Origin: an uncultured virus (IMG/VR IMGVR_UViG_3300030495_000024)
Lineage: Duplodnaviria > Heunggongvirae > Uroviricota > Caudoviricetes
Virus record (IMG/VR): IMGVR_UViG_3300030495_000024
Length of the DNA: 64,000 bases
Reading direction: 5' to 3' (one strand)
A program made the position numbers and the translations under genes. The notes under the pieces were generated by a model. The model saw only the letters and a list, made by a program, of their open reading frames with translations, did not search any database and was not told the origin of the DNA. Of this stretch, positions 27,926 through 37,121 are shown piece after piece; position 1 is the stretch's first letter; each line of letters begins with the position of its first letter.

Positions 27926-28175
27926 GTTCTTCCTCACCGGGCTCGGACTTCTCATGCAAGGCGTGAAGTTCACGCCCGAAGAGAACGCTGTCCTCCATTG
28001 GCTCTGTGCAGCAGCCTCCGAGAGCGATGCTGTCTTCTGGGATCAGACCCGCGCTGTCGAGCCAGGGAGCCTCCGTTGGCATGCCCTGGAAGGACTGAAG
28101 AATACCTTCCGTCGTCTCGAAAAGCATCACATTCTGCAGGCCCACTATGATCGAGCAGCTCAGTTTCACGGTTAG
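27912..28175 (+). CDS. Small hypothetical protein inserted between SbcD- and SbcC-like genes
   Basis: Fills the gap, overlaps both neighbours, less biased codons. Confidence 0.4.
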   Translation: MQKGKFFLTGLGLLMQGVKFTPEENAVLHWLCAAASESDAVFWDQTRAVEPGSLRWHALEGLKNTFRRLEKHHILQAHYDRAAQFHG

Positions 28176-30096
28176 GTTCCCGCCGACCGACCACTACCCG
28201 CTCGGCCGCGCGTTCGATCGCACCTTCGACTTCTCGAAGGGCATGACGGCGATCACCGGCCCGAACGAGAACGGCAAGACCCTCACGCTCGAGATGATCG
28301 AGTTCCTGCTGTTCGGCTCGGCCGCGCTGCGCGGCGCTGCCGCCGACTACAAGCACCTCAAGGCCTCCGGTCTGATTACCATCCGAGGGCACCGCTACTC
28401 GATCTCCCGCACGGTCAAGAACGCGGCGCTGGCGAGTGACCACAATGGCGAGACGCTCGCGGTCGGCACCAAGCCGGTGAACGCGCGCATCCTCCAGATC
28501 CTCGGCTATGGCCTCGACGTCTTTCGCGTCGCCAACGTCGCCAACCAGGGCGACGCCGAGCGGCTCTCGAAGATGAAGCCGACCGAACGCAAGGCGATGG
28601 TCGACCGCCTGATCGGCGCCGACGCGATCGAAGAGATCGCCCGTTGGTGCGGCGAGCAGGCGCTCGGTGTCTCGCGCGAGATCGCCGGCCTGGAGTCGGG
28701 CCTGGGCGCTGAGCCGGTGCGCCCTGTGAAGCCGGAGGGCTACCAGCCGGCGGACGAGCTGCGCAAGGAGATCGCGAACCTGCGCACGATGCGCGAGACC
28801 ATCGTGCAAGGCGAGGCCTTCCTGGCCAATGAGCCGGTCGTGCCTGTAGTCGGCCCGGCGCTCACCGAGGTCCCGCTCGCGACGTTGGAGAAGGCCGACC
28901 AGATCCTCGGGCTGCGCACCTACGACTTCGACCTTGCCGAGGCCGAGGCCGGCTACGTCGCCTACGACCAGTGGTGTAGCCGGCAGCGGTTCGTCGAGCG
29001 CTACTTCCCCCAACCCACCGTGACGCAGGATCAGGTCGACCAGCAGAACCGGCGCAACGGCCTTGCGCGTGACCGCCAGCGGCTTCGGCAAAGCCCGGAG
29101 ATCGTCTGCCCTTGTGGCAAGCCTTTCACGACGGCCGACGCCGAGATCGCTCGGATCGAGGCCGAGCTGGCCGGGATCCCGCAGCTCGAAGGCTACGCCC
29201 AGCCTGACCTCGACCGGGAGGAAAAAGCGATCCGTACCTGGAGCCTGGAGTCGGTGCGGGTCGAGTGGGAACGTCTGAAGGATGTTCCTGCTGTCCCCCG
29301 TCCGTCTCGCGAGCTGTCCGAGGCGAAGGGCGCCGTCCACGTCTCCGAGGTCGCTGCTGCGCTGAAAGAGCTGGGGCTCGCTGGCCGGAGTCGTGAGGAC
29401 GTCCAGGCACTCGCCACGCAGGTTCGCCAGCGGGATGCCCTCCTGGCCGCTCAGGCCGAGGCACAGGCCCGGTTGACGACCTGGGCGGTGCAGGCCCGTG
29501 CGACGCGCGCCGCGCTCTCCCTGGCGCGCCGTGGAGCGCCTCCCGGCCGCCTCGAGGCGGCAGAGCAGCTCCTTACCGCCGTGAGCGTCTACGACACCCA
29601 GCAGGCCGCCTACGAGCGCGCCTTTACGGACTGGGCGCAGGGCCGTGATCGGCTCACCGATCTCCGGCGCGAGGAGGACAGCTGGCGCCAGGGCAAGATG
29701 GCTCTCAACGAGGTGCGCCAGGAGACCAAGACCTACCTCGCGCCTGCGCTCAGCCGGGTCGCCTCGCACATGCTCTCGCAGATGACGGGTGGTGCCCGCG
29801 GCCGGATCGCCGTGGACGAGGACTTCGAGATCCAAGTCGACGGCCAGCCGCTGAACACCCTGTCGGGATCCGGGAAGGTCTGCGCGAACCTCGCCGTCCG
29901 CCTGGGGCTCGGGCGCATTCTGACCAACGGCGTCTTCCCGGTCTTCATGGGCGACGAGATGGACGCGTCCATGGACGCCGACAGGGCAGGGCACCTCCAC
30001 GACGCGCTCACTGCGCTCGACGGCAAGCTCCATCAGATCCTGGTCATCACCCACAAGACCCCGGTCTGCCCGCGGGTCATCAAGCTGGAGAACTGA
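28147..30096 (+). CDS. SbcC/Rad50-like ATPase
   Basis: GPNENGKT, Q-loop, coiled coil, LSGSG, GDEMD, ITHK. Confidence 0.88.
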   Translation: MIEQLSFTVRFPPTDHYPLGRAFDRTFDFSKGMTAITGPNENGKTLTLEMIEFLLFGSAALRGAAADYKHLKASGLITIRGHRYSISRTVKNAALASDHNGETLAVGTKPVNARILQILGYGLDVFRVANVANQGDAERLSKMKPTERKAMVDRLIGADAIEEIARWCGEQALGVSREIAGLESGLGAEPVRPVKPEGYQPADELRKEIANLRTMRETIVQGEAFLANEPVVPVVGPALTEVPLATLEKADQILGLRTYDFDLAEAEAGYVAYDQWCSRQRFVERYFPQPTVTQDQVDQQNRRNGLARDRQRLRQSPEIVCPCGKPFTTADAEIARIEAELAGIPQLEGYAQPDLDREEKAIRTWSLESVRVEWERLKDVPAVPRPSRELSEAKGAVHVSEVAAALKELGLAGRSREDVQALATQVRQRDALLAAQAEAQARLTTWAVQARATRAALSLARRGAPPGRLEAAEQLLTAVSVYDTQQAAYERAFTDWAQGRDRLTDLRREEDSWRQGKMALNEVRQETKTYLAPALSRVASHMLSQMTGGARGRIAVDEDFEIQVDGQPLNTLSGSGKVCANLAVRLGLGRILTNGVFPVFMGDEMDASMDADRAGHLHDALTALDGKLHQILVITHKTPVCPRVIKLEN

Positions 30097-30097
30097 C

Positions 30098-30427
30098 GTG
30101 GTCGAGCAGCAGCTGCGCAGCCTTGGGCTGCGCCTCCGGGCGCCGGAGCGCCCACCAGAACTGCCGGACGATGTCCGAACGCCAACCGGGCGCCCGCCGG
30201 CCGCGCGGGTGGGGTGGGAAGGCCGCCTGATGGCCCAGAAGCCGGTGGGCGAGCCCTGGGAGGCCAAGCACCGCGCCGCCGTCAGCCTCGCGCGCCAGCG
30301 CTACGACGCCGGCACCCACTACATGGCGACCCACGTCACCAAGGACGGGTGGCAGCAGCTCTATTCCTGGCCCCGGCAGACCCCCGCCGCGCCCCAGGCG
30401 TACTTCAATCGCCCGGGGGTCGCGTGA
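30098..30427 (+). CDS. Hypothetical protein (true start may be 30230)
   Basis: ORF track; better codon bias after 30230. Confidence 0.5.
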   Translation: MVEQQLRSLGLRLRAPERPPELPDDVRTPTGRPPAARVGWEGRLMAQKPVGEPWEAKHRAAVSLARQRYDAGTHYMATHVTKDGWQQLYSWPRQTPAAPQAYFNRPGVA

Positions 30428-31026
30428 TGATGCACCGGTCTCCCCCGATCGCCGCGTGCCCGTATCCCGGCCCGCAGGTCTATTTCGGCTCCGGCCGGCG
30501 CATCGACGCCTATCACTTCGAGGCCAGCGACCTGCCGCCGCCGCTGATCGGGCGCGGCCTCGCACGCCTGGCCCGCTTCGGGGGCGCCGGCGAGCGCTCG
30601 GTGAGCGTCGCGCAGCACAGCCTGCTCCTCTCCCACGTCGTCGGCTCGTGCCGACACCGGCAGCGCGCGGCTCTGATGCACGACGTGCCTGAGCTGTGGA
30701 CCGGCGAGATCCCTCGCCCCATCAAGAACCTCTGCCCGGGCATCCAGGCGGCCGACGCCTGCTCGATGCACCGGCTCGGTGAGGTCTTCGGCATCCCGTC
30801 CTGGGCCTTCGAGGCCATCAAGGACTTCGACAGCCGCATCTCCTACGACGAGCGGCTCTTCATGTTCGAGCACCTGGATGCGGCCGACCGCGCGGTCGCC
30901 GAGGAGAACAAGCTCGGCATCCACATCGTCCCGGTCACCGACGACGTGGCCGCGGCGTCGTGGGTGCGCCGCTTCTACCAACTCTTCAGGGAGGGTTTCA
31001 CTGATGCCGCGCCCACGGCCAATTAG
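30427..31026 (+). CDS. HD-domain phosphohydrolase (YfbR/YfdR-like 5'-deoxynucleotidase)
   Basis: RFGG..SVAQHS...LMHDVPE..TGEIP.PIK. Confidence 0.8.
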   Translation: MMHRSPPIAACPYPGPQVYFGSGRRIDAYHFEASDLPPPLIGRGLARLARFGGAGERSVSVAQHSLLLSHVVGSCRHRQRAALMHDVPELWTGEIPRPIKNLCPGIQAADACSMHRLGEVFGIPSWAFEAIKDFDSRISYDERLFMFEHLDAADRAVAEENKLGIHIVPVTDDVAAASWVRRFYQLFREGFTDAAPTAN

Positions 31027-31063
31027 TCCGCTTTCGCCCGACTACTTATAGAAGGATACTTCT

Positions 31064-31588
31064 ATGACTGAAGACTGGATCACGCGAGAACGGCCACCCA
31101 AAGCCGTGCCCGAAGCCACTGGTACGGAACGTACCACGCTGGCGCAGGATGGCGGGATGCTCCGCTTCAATAGCGGCAAGCTGCGCATGTCGCTCGTGCC
31201 GGCGAGCCTCGGTCGCTACACCGCCGCCGCCCTCGGCTACGGCGCAATCAAGTATTCCGCGAACAACTGGCGCCGCGGCGGCAGTTGGACCTCCGGCTAC
31301 GAGAGCCTTCAAAGGCATCTCGATGCGTGGAGAGAAGGCGAAGACATCGATGACGAAAGCGGTCTTCCTCACCTAGCCCAGATCGCTTTCGGCGTGATGC
31401 TTCTAATCGAGTTCTACGACAAGGGAATTGGCACCGATGACCGCTTCCGATACCAAGGACAGCCTGAAGGATCACTGCAGCCCGGCCGGGTACTCGCATT
31501 TCGTGAGCCGCCTCGCCGCGAACAAGCCGGACACGACGTTGGTGCCGGCGAGGGTGATGCGGGCGGTGCTGACCCGAGCGCTGGCTGA
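31064..31588 (+). CDS. dATP/dGTP diphosphohydrolase-like (DUF5664) protein
   Basis: GKLRMSLVP, YGAIKY..NNWRRG, RHL, GEDIDDESGLPHLA. Confidence 0.8.
   Translation: MTEDWITRERPPKAVPEATGTERTTLAQDGGMLRFNSGKLRMSLVPASLGRYTAAALGYGAIKYSANNWRRGGSWTSGYESLQRHLDAWREGEDIDDESGLPHLAQIAFGVMLLIEFYDKGIGTDDRFRYQGQPEGSLQPGRVLAFREPPRREQAGHDVGAGEGDAGGADPSAG
31121..31135. promoter_or_regulatory. Palindrome family A (GGTACG-gaa-CGTACC) in the 5' end of the DUF5664-like gene
   Basis: Exact consensus. Confidence 0.75.
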
Positions 31589-32027
31589 CGCCAAGCTGAT
31601 CGATGACGCCAAGAAGGCCCTGATGTACGGCAAGGACCGGCCAGTCATCGCCGGCTTTCGGGCCGAGGTCGAGCGCACCCGGGAGCTGCATGCCGGTTCG
31701 GACTACTCGCAGGCGGACCTCGAGACCGGCCTCGCTCGCATCCACGCCGCCCTCGGCATGCGGACCGAGGCCGACGAGATCCTTCAGCAGGAGCTGGACA
31801 TCCTCTGTGGCAAGCCCGTGAAGCCGGCCGACCAGGCCGACGAGCTGGGCGACCTGCTCTGGTACGGCCAACTCTACCTGAACGCGACCGGCTGGTCGCT
31901 GCTCGGAGTGGTGCAGCGGAACGTCGCGAAGCTGATCGAGCGCTTCAAGGGCCTCTCCTACACCACGGAGGGGGCCGTGAACCGGGACAAGTCGGCCGAG
32001 GCGCAGGCGCAGGAGGCGGTGTCGTGA
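31437..32027 (+). CDS. MazG-like nucleotide pyrophosphohydrolase (start uncertain)
   Basis: KKALMYGK, HAALGMRTEADE, DELGDLLWY, NVAKLIERF. Confidence 0.75.
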   Translation: MTASDTKDSLKDHCSPAGYSHFVSRLAANKPDTTLVPARVMRAVLTRALADAKLIDDAKKALMYGKDRPVIAGFRAEVERTRELHAGSDYSQADLETGLARIHAALGMRTEADEILQQELDILCGKPVKPADQADELGDLLWYGQLYLNATGWSLLGVVQRNVAKLIERFKGLSYTTEGAVNRDKSAEAQAQEAVS

Positions 32028-32305
32028 AGCTCTCGAACCAACAGAGGGTCAAGGAGCTGATCTTCGAGCGTACCCGATTGCGGGAGAGCATCCAGGATGC
32101 TCTTTCCGACGAGGACATCAAGATCGAGATCCGGGGCCGCCCGGCGCAGGGGGTCCTACGAGAGCGCATTCGCGCTGCCCTCACCGAGATGTGGCAGGAG
32201 GACCTCCGCGAGAACACCGAGCGCTTGAAATCGCTTGGTGTCGAGGCGGATGACGGTCCCGTTCACAAGCCGAACAAGACCCGGCTCCCGTCCCTGGACG
32301 AGTGA
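32024..32305 (+). CDS. Hypothetical protein
   Basis: GTGA overlap; GGAGG RBS. Confidence 0.6.
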   Translation: MKLSNQQRVKELIFERTRLRESIQDALSDEDIKIEIRGRPAQGVLRERIRAALTEMWQEDLRENTERLKSLGVEADDGPVHKPNKTRLPSLDE

Positions 32306-32330
32306 GCGAGGCCCCGGTTATCCGTGCGTG

Positions 32331-32639
32331 ATGAACCTCGTCATCTTCTTCGCGGTGCTGGGCGCTTGGTGGGGTGTCTGCCTCTACACCGAAGGGCAGT
32401 CCTGGGCCTTCGGCGGCCTGAGCTGGCTGCTGACGATCCCCGTCTTCATGATCGCAGGCTTCACGCTCGGACGCCAAGGCCTACCCTCGATCTTGGGGCT
32501 CTACGCGGCCGGCTGCGTGCTCAGTGCTTTGGTGCTCCTGCGGGGCAGGGACACGACCTGGACGCTTCGGGAGGTCCTGATCTGCGCGGCGCCCAACCTG
32601 GCGTTCGCGGCGCTGATGGACGGCGCCGTGACAGGTTGA
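32331..32639 (+). CDS. Multi-pass membrane protein
   Basis: 3-4 hydrophobic segments. Confidence 0.6.
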   Translation: MNLVIFFAVLGAWWGVCLYTEGQSWAFGGLSWLLTIPVFMIAGFTLGRQGLPSILGLYAAGCVLSALVLLRGRDTTWTLREVLICAAPNLAFAALMDGAVTG

Positions 32640-32671
32640 CCCGCGCCTAGAGGTCGGCGAGGTTGCCGGCC

Positions 32672-32908
32672 ATGAGCGAACAATCTGAACAGCCTGAACA
32701 GACCCGCGAGGAGTGGCGAGCTTGGTTCCAACCGCTTTATGACGACATCAAGGAGCGGGCGGAGCGCGAAGGTCGGACCCCGGAAGAGGTCGCTCCCGAG
32801 GCTGTCACTCACATGATGCTTCATGCGGCGAAACCGATCGCCGTCGTCCACGGCCTGATCATCCTCGGCATGCTGCCGATCAAGCTGCCGGACGACTTCA
32901 AGCGATGA
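32672..32908 (+). CDS. Hypothetical protein
   Basis: ORF coupled to next by ATGA. Confidence 0.55.
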   Translation: MSEQSEQPEQTREEWRAWFQPLYDDIKERAEREGRTPEEVAPEAVTHMMLHAAKPIAVVHGLIILGMLPIKLPDDFKR

Positions 32909-33138
32909 GCACCGCCGACGTCATCCCGTTCCGGGGCAGCAAGCCGCTGCCTGTCCGCCCCGGAGTCGACGCGCATCCGCTGCCCTGGGTCTACAGCAAC
33001 GGCTTCATCTGGGACGCGAACCGACGCGTCGTCGGCTCGACGGTTCAGAAGGAGATGGCCGAGTGGATCGTGCGGAGCGTCAACGCCTCACACGGCCACG
33101 ACACGCCTAGCCCAGAGCCTGGTTCAGGACCGGCTTGA
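32905..33138 (+). CDS. Hypothetical protein; last gene of the + arm
   Basis: ATGA overlap. Confidence 0.55.
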   Translation: MSTADVIPFRGSKPLPVRPGVDAHPLPWVYSNGFIWDANRRVVGSTVQKEMAEWIVRSVNASHGHDTPSPEPGSGPA

Positions 33139-34348
33139 GAACGCCGGCGCAGGCGTCCCACCCAGCGTCCTTCAGGTGAAGCCCGTCGCCGCTGTCGAAG
33201 ATCGACTTGATCGAGGGCGGCGACCCGCCGTCTGAGATCAGGAGGTCGAAGTCCGCGATCAGCACGCCGTTGTCCCGGAGACCGCGTAGCTGGTTGTTCA
33301 GCCACTGCCGGGGTGCATCCTGGAGAGCTGTCCGCCCGTTGATGGGGAACGAGGTCCAGACGATCGGGATCGCGCCGGCTTCACGGCAGGCCTGCAGTAG
33401 CCGAAGGCAGTTCGCCCAGCCGTTGCGGGCCAGATCCATGGTGGTCGGGGCGTCGTTCGGGCTGAAGGCCGGGAACACGACCACCGAGGGATTGAAACGG
33501 CGGATGTCCCCGATCCCGCGATCGACGAACTGCTGCGTCGTCTGGGCGGAATAGCCCGAGTTGATGTGCGCGACAGGGCGATTGGCCCGGCTCAGCGCCG
33601 CCGTCGCGATGTGCAGGAAGTTCTTGCGCCCCGAAGTCGACTGGTTGCCTTCTGTCTCGCTGTCGCCGATCCCGAGCACGACCTGAACCATCTTGGGGCC
33701 GAGAAACTCGACACCCGCGATGTAGCAGCGGATGACCTCGGACATCGTAGCGGTCGGGTTCGCGGCCCCCGTCTGGTCGTTACCGCCGTCAAAGAGATCG
33801 ATGATGCGACCGAGGTTGACGGCCGGATCATCCCAGACATCTTTGTCGACTTCGTTGTAGAGCGTCGTCGTGCCGGCGATGTAGGTACGAACCTGCAGCA
33901 ATGGTCGAAAGGCGCCGTCTGCTCGAGGGCGCGACGCGACCTTCACCCAGTCCGTCCAGGCCTTGGTATCGTTGGCGGCCGTGCCCGCCGGGATCACCAG
34001 CGGAAGCGCGGTGCCCGTCAGCTCGCCGGGCTTGCTGTCCGCGCCGCCCGCGTTGGCGTAGGCCGGGAGCATCGGCAGGTTGGCGCCGGCCTCGTCCACG
34101 CAGGCCAGCGTCGCCATGCTGGCCGAGGCCTGGAGCGTGGTCTTGTCGATGGTGATCGAGGCACCGGTCTGGTTGGCGTAGAGGACGCGCGCCCAGGCGA
34201 AATCACTCTCGGCCGCCACCCAGGTCAGCCCGGTGCGGGGGCCGGTGAAGCCCGAACCACCACGGTTCAGGATGCGCTGGCCGAAGCGGCTGCGTGCAGG
34301 GGCGAAGTTGCGGATCTGCCGAGCGGTGATCGGGACGAGCTTGGCCAT
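33107..34348 (-). CDS. SGNH/GDSL hydrolase (putative acetylesterase)
   Basis: IGDS, NSGYSAQ, SPND, DGLHL blocks. Confidence 0.8.
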   Translation of the reverse strand: MAKLVPITARQIRNFAPARSRFGQRILNRGGSGFTGPRTGLTWVAAESDFAWARVLYANQTGASITIDKTTLQASASMATLACVDEAGANLPMLPAYANAGGADSKPGELTGTALPLVIPAGTAANDTKAWTDWVKVASRPRADGAFRPLLQVRTYIAGTTTLYNEVDKDVWDDPAVNLGRIIDLFDGGNDQTGAANPTATMSEVIRCYIAGVEFLGPKMVQVVLGIGDSETEGNQSTSGRKNFLHIATAALSRANRPVAHINSGYSAQTTQQFVDRGIGDIRRFNPSVVVFPAFSPNDAPTTMDLARNGWANCLRLLQACREAGAIPIVWTSFPINGRTALQDAPRQWLNNQLRGLRDNGVLIADFDLLISDGGSPPSIKSIFDSGDGLHLKDAGWDACAGVLKPVLNQALG

Positions 34349-34349
34349 C

Positions 34350-34763
34350 TCAGGCTCCGGTCTTGACGATCACCGCGGCGCCGCTCGCCGAGCGCGCGTA
34401 GATGTCTCCGAGAGGGAGGCCGGCGGGGAAGTCCTCGCCACCGAGAATGGCCTCTCCGTAGGGGAGGGAGTTGCTCGGCGCCGGATCGCCGGCCGGGACG
34501 GAGACCCACTCGACGTCAAAGACGCTGGCGCTGCCGGGCATGCCGATCCGCAGGGCGCGCGTCGACTTGGTGACCGTGGCGACCTTGGTCCAGTTCGGCA
34601 TGAGGACGTCTGCGTAGACCGTGGTGAGGGCGACCGGGTCGCGCAGGATGACGACGGCGTCGGCCCAAGAGCCGTCATCCAGGCGAACACCGGCCTGAAC
34701 ACGATCGAGACCCATCCCGGCGCTTCCAGAGAAGAGCCCCTTGTCGTACTTCGTCAGGCTCAT
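34350..34763 (-). CDS. Hypothetical protein
   Basis: GGAG RBS; codon bias. Confidence 0.6.
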   Translation of the reverse strand: MSLTKYDKGLFSGSAGMGLDRVQAGVRLDDGSWADAVVILRDPVALTTVYADVLMPNWTKVATVTKSTRALRIGMPGSASVFDVEWVSVPAGDPAPSNSLPYGEAILGGEDFPAGLPLGDIYARSASGAAVIVKTGA

Positions 34764-34826
34764 CGCTGGCTCCACGAGTAGAGATCCGCCACATATAGCG
34801 ACGAATGCTGTCGGATTAAGATCGAA

Positions 34827-35339
34827 CTACTTCTTGCCAACGCTGGCGGATTTGACGCCGATCCGCGCGAAGGTCTCGGGCGGATCTTCTCGCACCGTGT
34901 CTTCAGCGAAGCTGAAGTTGAGCGTCCAGCTCTCGGCCTCAGACGGCTGGATGTAGTCGAGCCACGAGCACCAGCTGTAGGCCTTCGAGTACATGACTGC
35001 CGGCCCGAGCGTGGCGGCGGGATCGGTGGGGATGGGAAGCAGGTACTTGTCGCCGCCCAAGGGTCCGAAATCCTCCTCGAACGTTTGCTTGACCGGCATC
35101 CGTTGTCCGCTCGAGGTACGAATGACGCGCTTGACGACGACGTCGCACTGGTCCTTTCGATCGGCGTGTTGAGCCAGCATGATCGCCTCACCAGGCTTGA
35201 CCACCGGAGTGAGGTTCACGCGCTCGATGATCGAGAGAGGATAGCCCTTGTTCTGGATCTTCGACCCGAGCCAGCCGCCGCAACCACCCACGGTCAAGAT
35301 GAAGGTGGCGACAGCGAACTTGGTGATCCAGTGCTTCAT
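34827..35339 (-). CDS. Exported/membrane-anchored protein in lysis cassette
   Basis: N-terminal hydrophobic segment ending VGGC; ATGA overlap. Confidence 0.6.
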   Translation of the reverse strand: MKHWITKFAVATFILTVGGCGGWLGSKIQNKGYPLSIIERVNLTPVVKPGEAIMLAQHADRKDQCDVVVKRVIRTSSGQRMPVKQTFEEDFGPLGGDKYLLPIPTDPAATLGPAVMYSKAYSWCSWLDYIQPSEAESWTLNFSFAEDTVREDPPETFARIGVKSASVGKK

Positions 35340-35749
35340 GACTTGAACACCTTGAGAGCATTTGTGACCCAACCCCAGATCTTCTGAAGTTGATCGCCGG
35401 CAACAACGACTGCTGCGAGCCCCGCGAAGAAGGACGCCACCGACCATTTCAGCACCCTCCATAGAACCGCGATGACGCTGACAGCTTTGAGTGCAGCGCG
35501 AACCCGGGCAAAGTCTTCCGGCTCAAGGCGGACGAGGATATGAAGGCCGGTCTTCAAATTCTCGACTTGAGCCTCATCCATTCGGTACAGGATCTCTTGA
35601 AGATCCATGTGTAGATCCGAGAACTCGATGATGCGGGGTTGATTGCCCCGGGCATCGAAGGCGCCGTGTGACAGCAGCTCGCTGTCCCGATCACGCTGAT
35701 GAAGCGGGACATCAGGCATGCTGCCGCGCCGAAAGCGCAGCTGCTTCAC
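35336..35749 (-). CDS. Membrane protein in lysis cassette (holin/antiholin-like)
   Basis: C-terminal TM segments; context. Confidence 0.5.
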   Translation of the reverse strand: MKQLRFRRGSMPDVPLHQRDRDSELLSHGAFDARGNQPRIIEFSDLHMDLQEILYRMDEAQVENLKTGLHILVRLEPEDFARVRAALKAVSVIAVLWRVLKWSVASFFAGLAAVVVAGDQLQKIWGWVTNALKVFKS

Positions 35750-35759
35750 CGGCCTGCTC

Positions 35760-36368
35760 CTACTTCTTGATGACCTTTCCGGGGACCAAGACGGCCGGCG
35801 GCGGGCGCTGAACGACCCCAGCGAGCTTCTCCTTGGTCTGCTGCCAGGCAGTGACGCCGGCCACAGCGCCAGCCGGGATCAGCACGCCCGTAAGGGCGCC
35901 GCCGACGCTCACCAGGTGGGTGAGGGCGGTGGGGTCCTTCGTGACGATCGTGTTGACCGCGGCGGCCACGCAGCAAAGCCCGTAGCTCAGCGTGACGGCA
36001 CCGACGCAGTACATGTTGAAGGGCCGCGCCCAGCGCTGGAACCGATCGCCCGCCGTGACCTCGGCGCGCAGCGACAGGTTCGCCTGCTCGATCTGAACCT
36101 GACGGGTCTTCTCGGCCAGCTCCTCGAGGCGCTCCCGATTATCCTGCTCGAAGGTGCGCGCTGCTTCCTGCGCACCCGGCTCCTGCAGCTTGGAGGACAC
36201 GCTCTCAGGCGTCGGGTCCGCACCGATGGCATCGGCCAGCGATCCGATCAGCTGGCCGGCGAGCGCGCCCGGCAGACCGCCGATGACGGTACCGAGGACC
36301 GGTGCGCCGATCTTCATGAGCTGGCCGGCGACCGGCCCCCAATTCACCGAAGAGAAGTCGAGGTTCAT
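35760..36368 (-). CDS. 3TM-type holin-like protein
   Basis: GAPVLGTVIGGLPGA, RWARP, TM helices; next to endolysin. Confidence 0.7.
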   Translation of the reverse strand: MNLDFSSVNWGPVAGQLMKIGAPVLGTVIGGLPGALAGQLIGSLADAIGADPTPESVSSKLQEPGAQEAARTFEQDNRERLEELAEKTRQVQIEQANLSLRAEVTAGDRFQRWARPFNMYCVGAVTLSYGLCCVAAAVNTIVTKDPTALTHLVSVGGALTGVLIPAGAVAGVTAWQQTKEKLAGVVQRPPPAVLVPGKVIKK

Positions 36369-36371
36369 GGC

Positions 36372-37121
36372 TCAGACCTTCAGTGCCTCGGCCTGGAAGG
36401 CCTGAGCGCGCTCCCCGTGGGCGCGGATGAAATGGAGGGCGATCAGCACCGCCACGGCGACGACGGCCACGGCGAGCCCGATCTGCAGCCAGTCGGTGCC
36501 CTGCGAGGCGACGGCGCCACCCGTGGCGGTCGTACCGGTCGCAGCGACGGTGCCCTGCTTGACCTTGGTCTGGGACAGCCCGGCCTCGGCCTGCAGCTGC
36601 TTGGCGACGAGCACCGGACTCGCGCCGGCGGCAGCGAGCGCCATCTTGATCGCGGCGGCCTCGATCTTCGAGACGCGAGCGAGCCAGCCCTTGCCGAACG
36701 TCTTGAACGTCGACAGCCCCTGGTAGAAGGCGCGGCGCTTGCCCGAGATCGCCTTGATGCGGGCGACAGCCTCGATCACGGCCTCGGTGGCCTTGCGAAA
36801 GGTGTTCGCCCGCCCGGGGCCGGAGTTCACCGAGACGTCGAAGATCGGCAGGTCCACGCCATCGGGCAGGAGCTGACACCCGGCCTGGTCCCAGTAGCGA
36901 GACCGATAGATCTCCGCGGCCTGGGCCTTGGTCAGGTTCTTGATGTCGAGGTCCGGGAAGGAGTTGGCCGCGATGCCGAACTTGGTACCCTTCAGGGTCC
37001 CCTTGCCGACCTTGCCCCCGGTCCAGTTGCCCGGATCCTTCGGGTTCGCCGTGTAGCCGCCTTCGCCCTCGAAGATGTAGGGGAGACAGCGCTCGAGGCG
37101 CTCAGCACTGGACGCGGGCAT
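36372..37121 (-). CDS. Glycoside hydrolase family 108 endolysin with C-terminal TM segment
   Basis: EGGY..NPKDPG, GTKFGI, FDVSVNSG, FGKGWLAR. Confidence 0.88.
   Translation of the reverse strand: MPASSAERLERCLPYIFEGEGGYTANPKDPGNWTGGKVGKGTLKGTKFGIAANSFPDLDIKNLTKAQAAEIYRSRYWDQAGCQLLPDGVDLPIFDVSVNSGPGRANTFRKATEAVIEAVARIKAISGKRRAFYQGLSTFKTFGKGWLARVSKIEAAAIKMALAAAGASPVLVAKQLQAEAGLSQTKVKQGTVAATGTTATGGAVASQGTDWLQIGLAVAVVAVAVLIALHFIRAHGERAQAFQAEALKV

Noticed and set aside
7656..35121. Isolated family A half-sites (e.g. near 7660, 33884, 35115)
   Set aside because: Second arm missing; expected by chance
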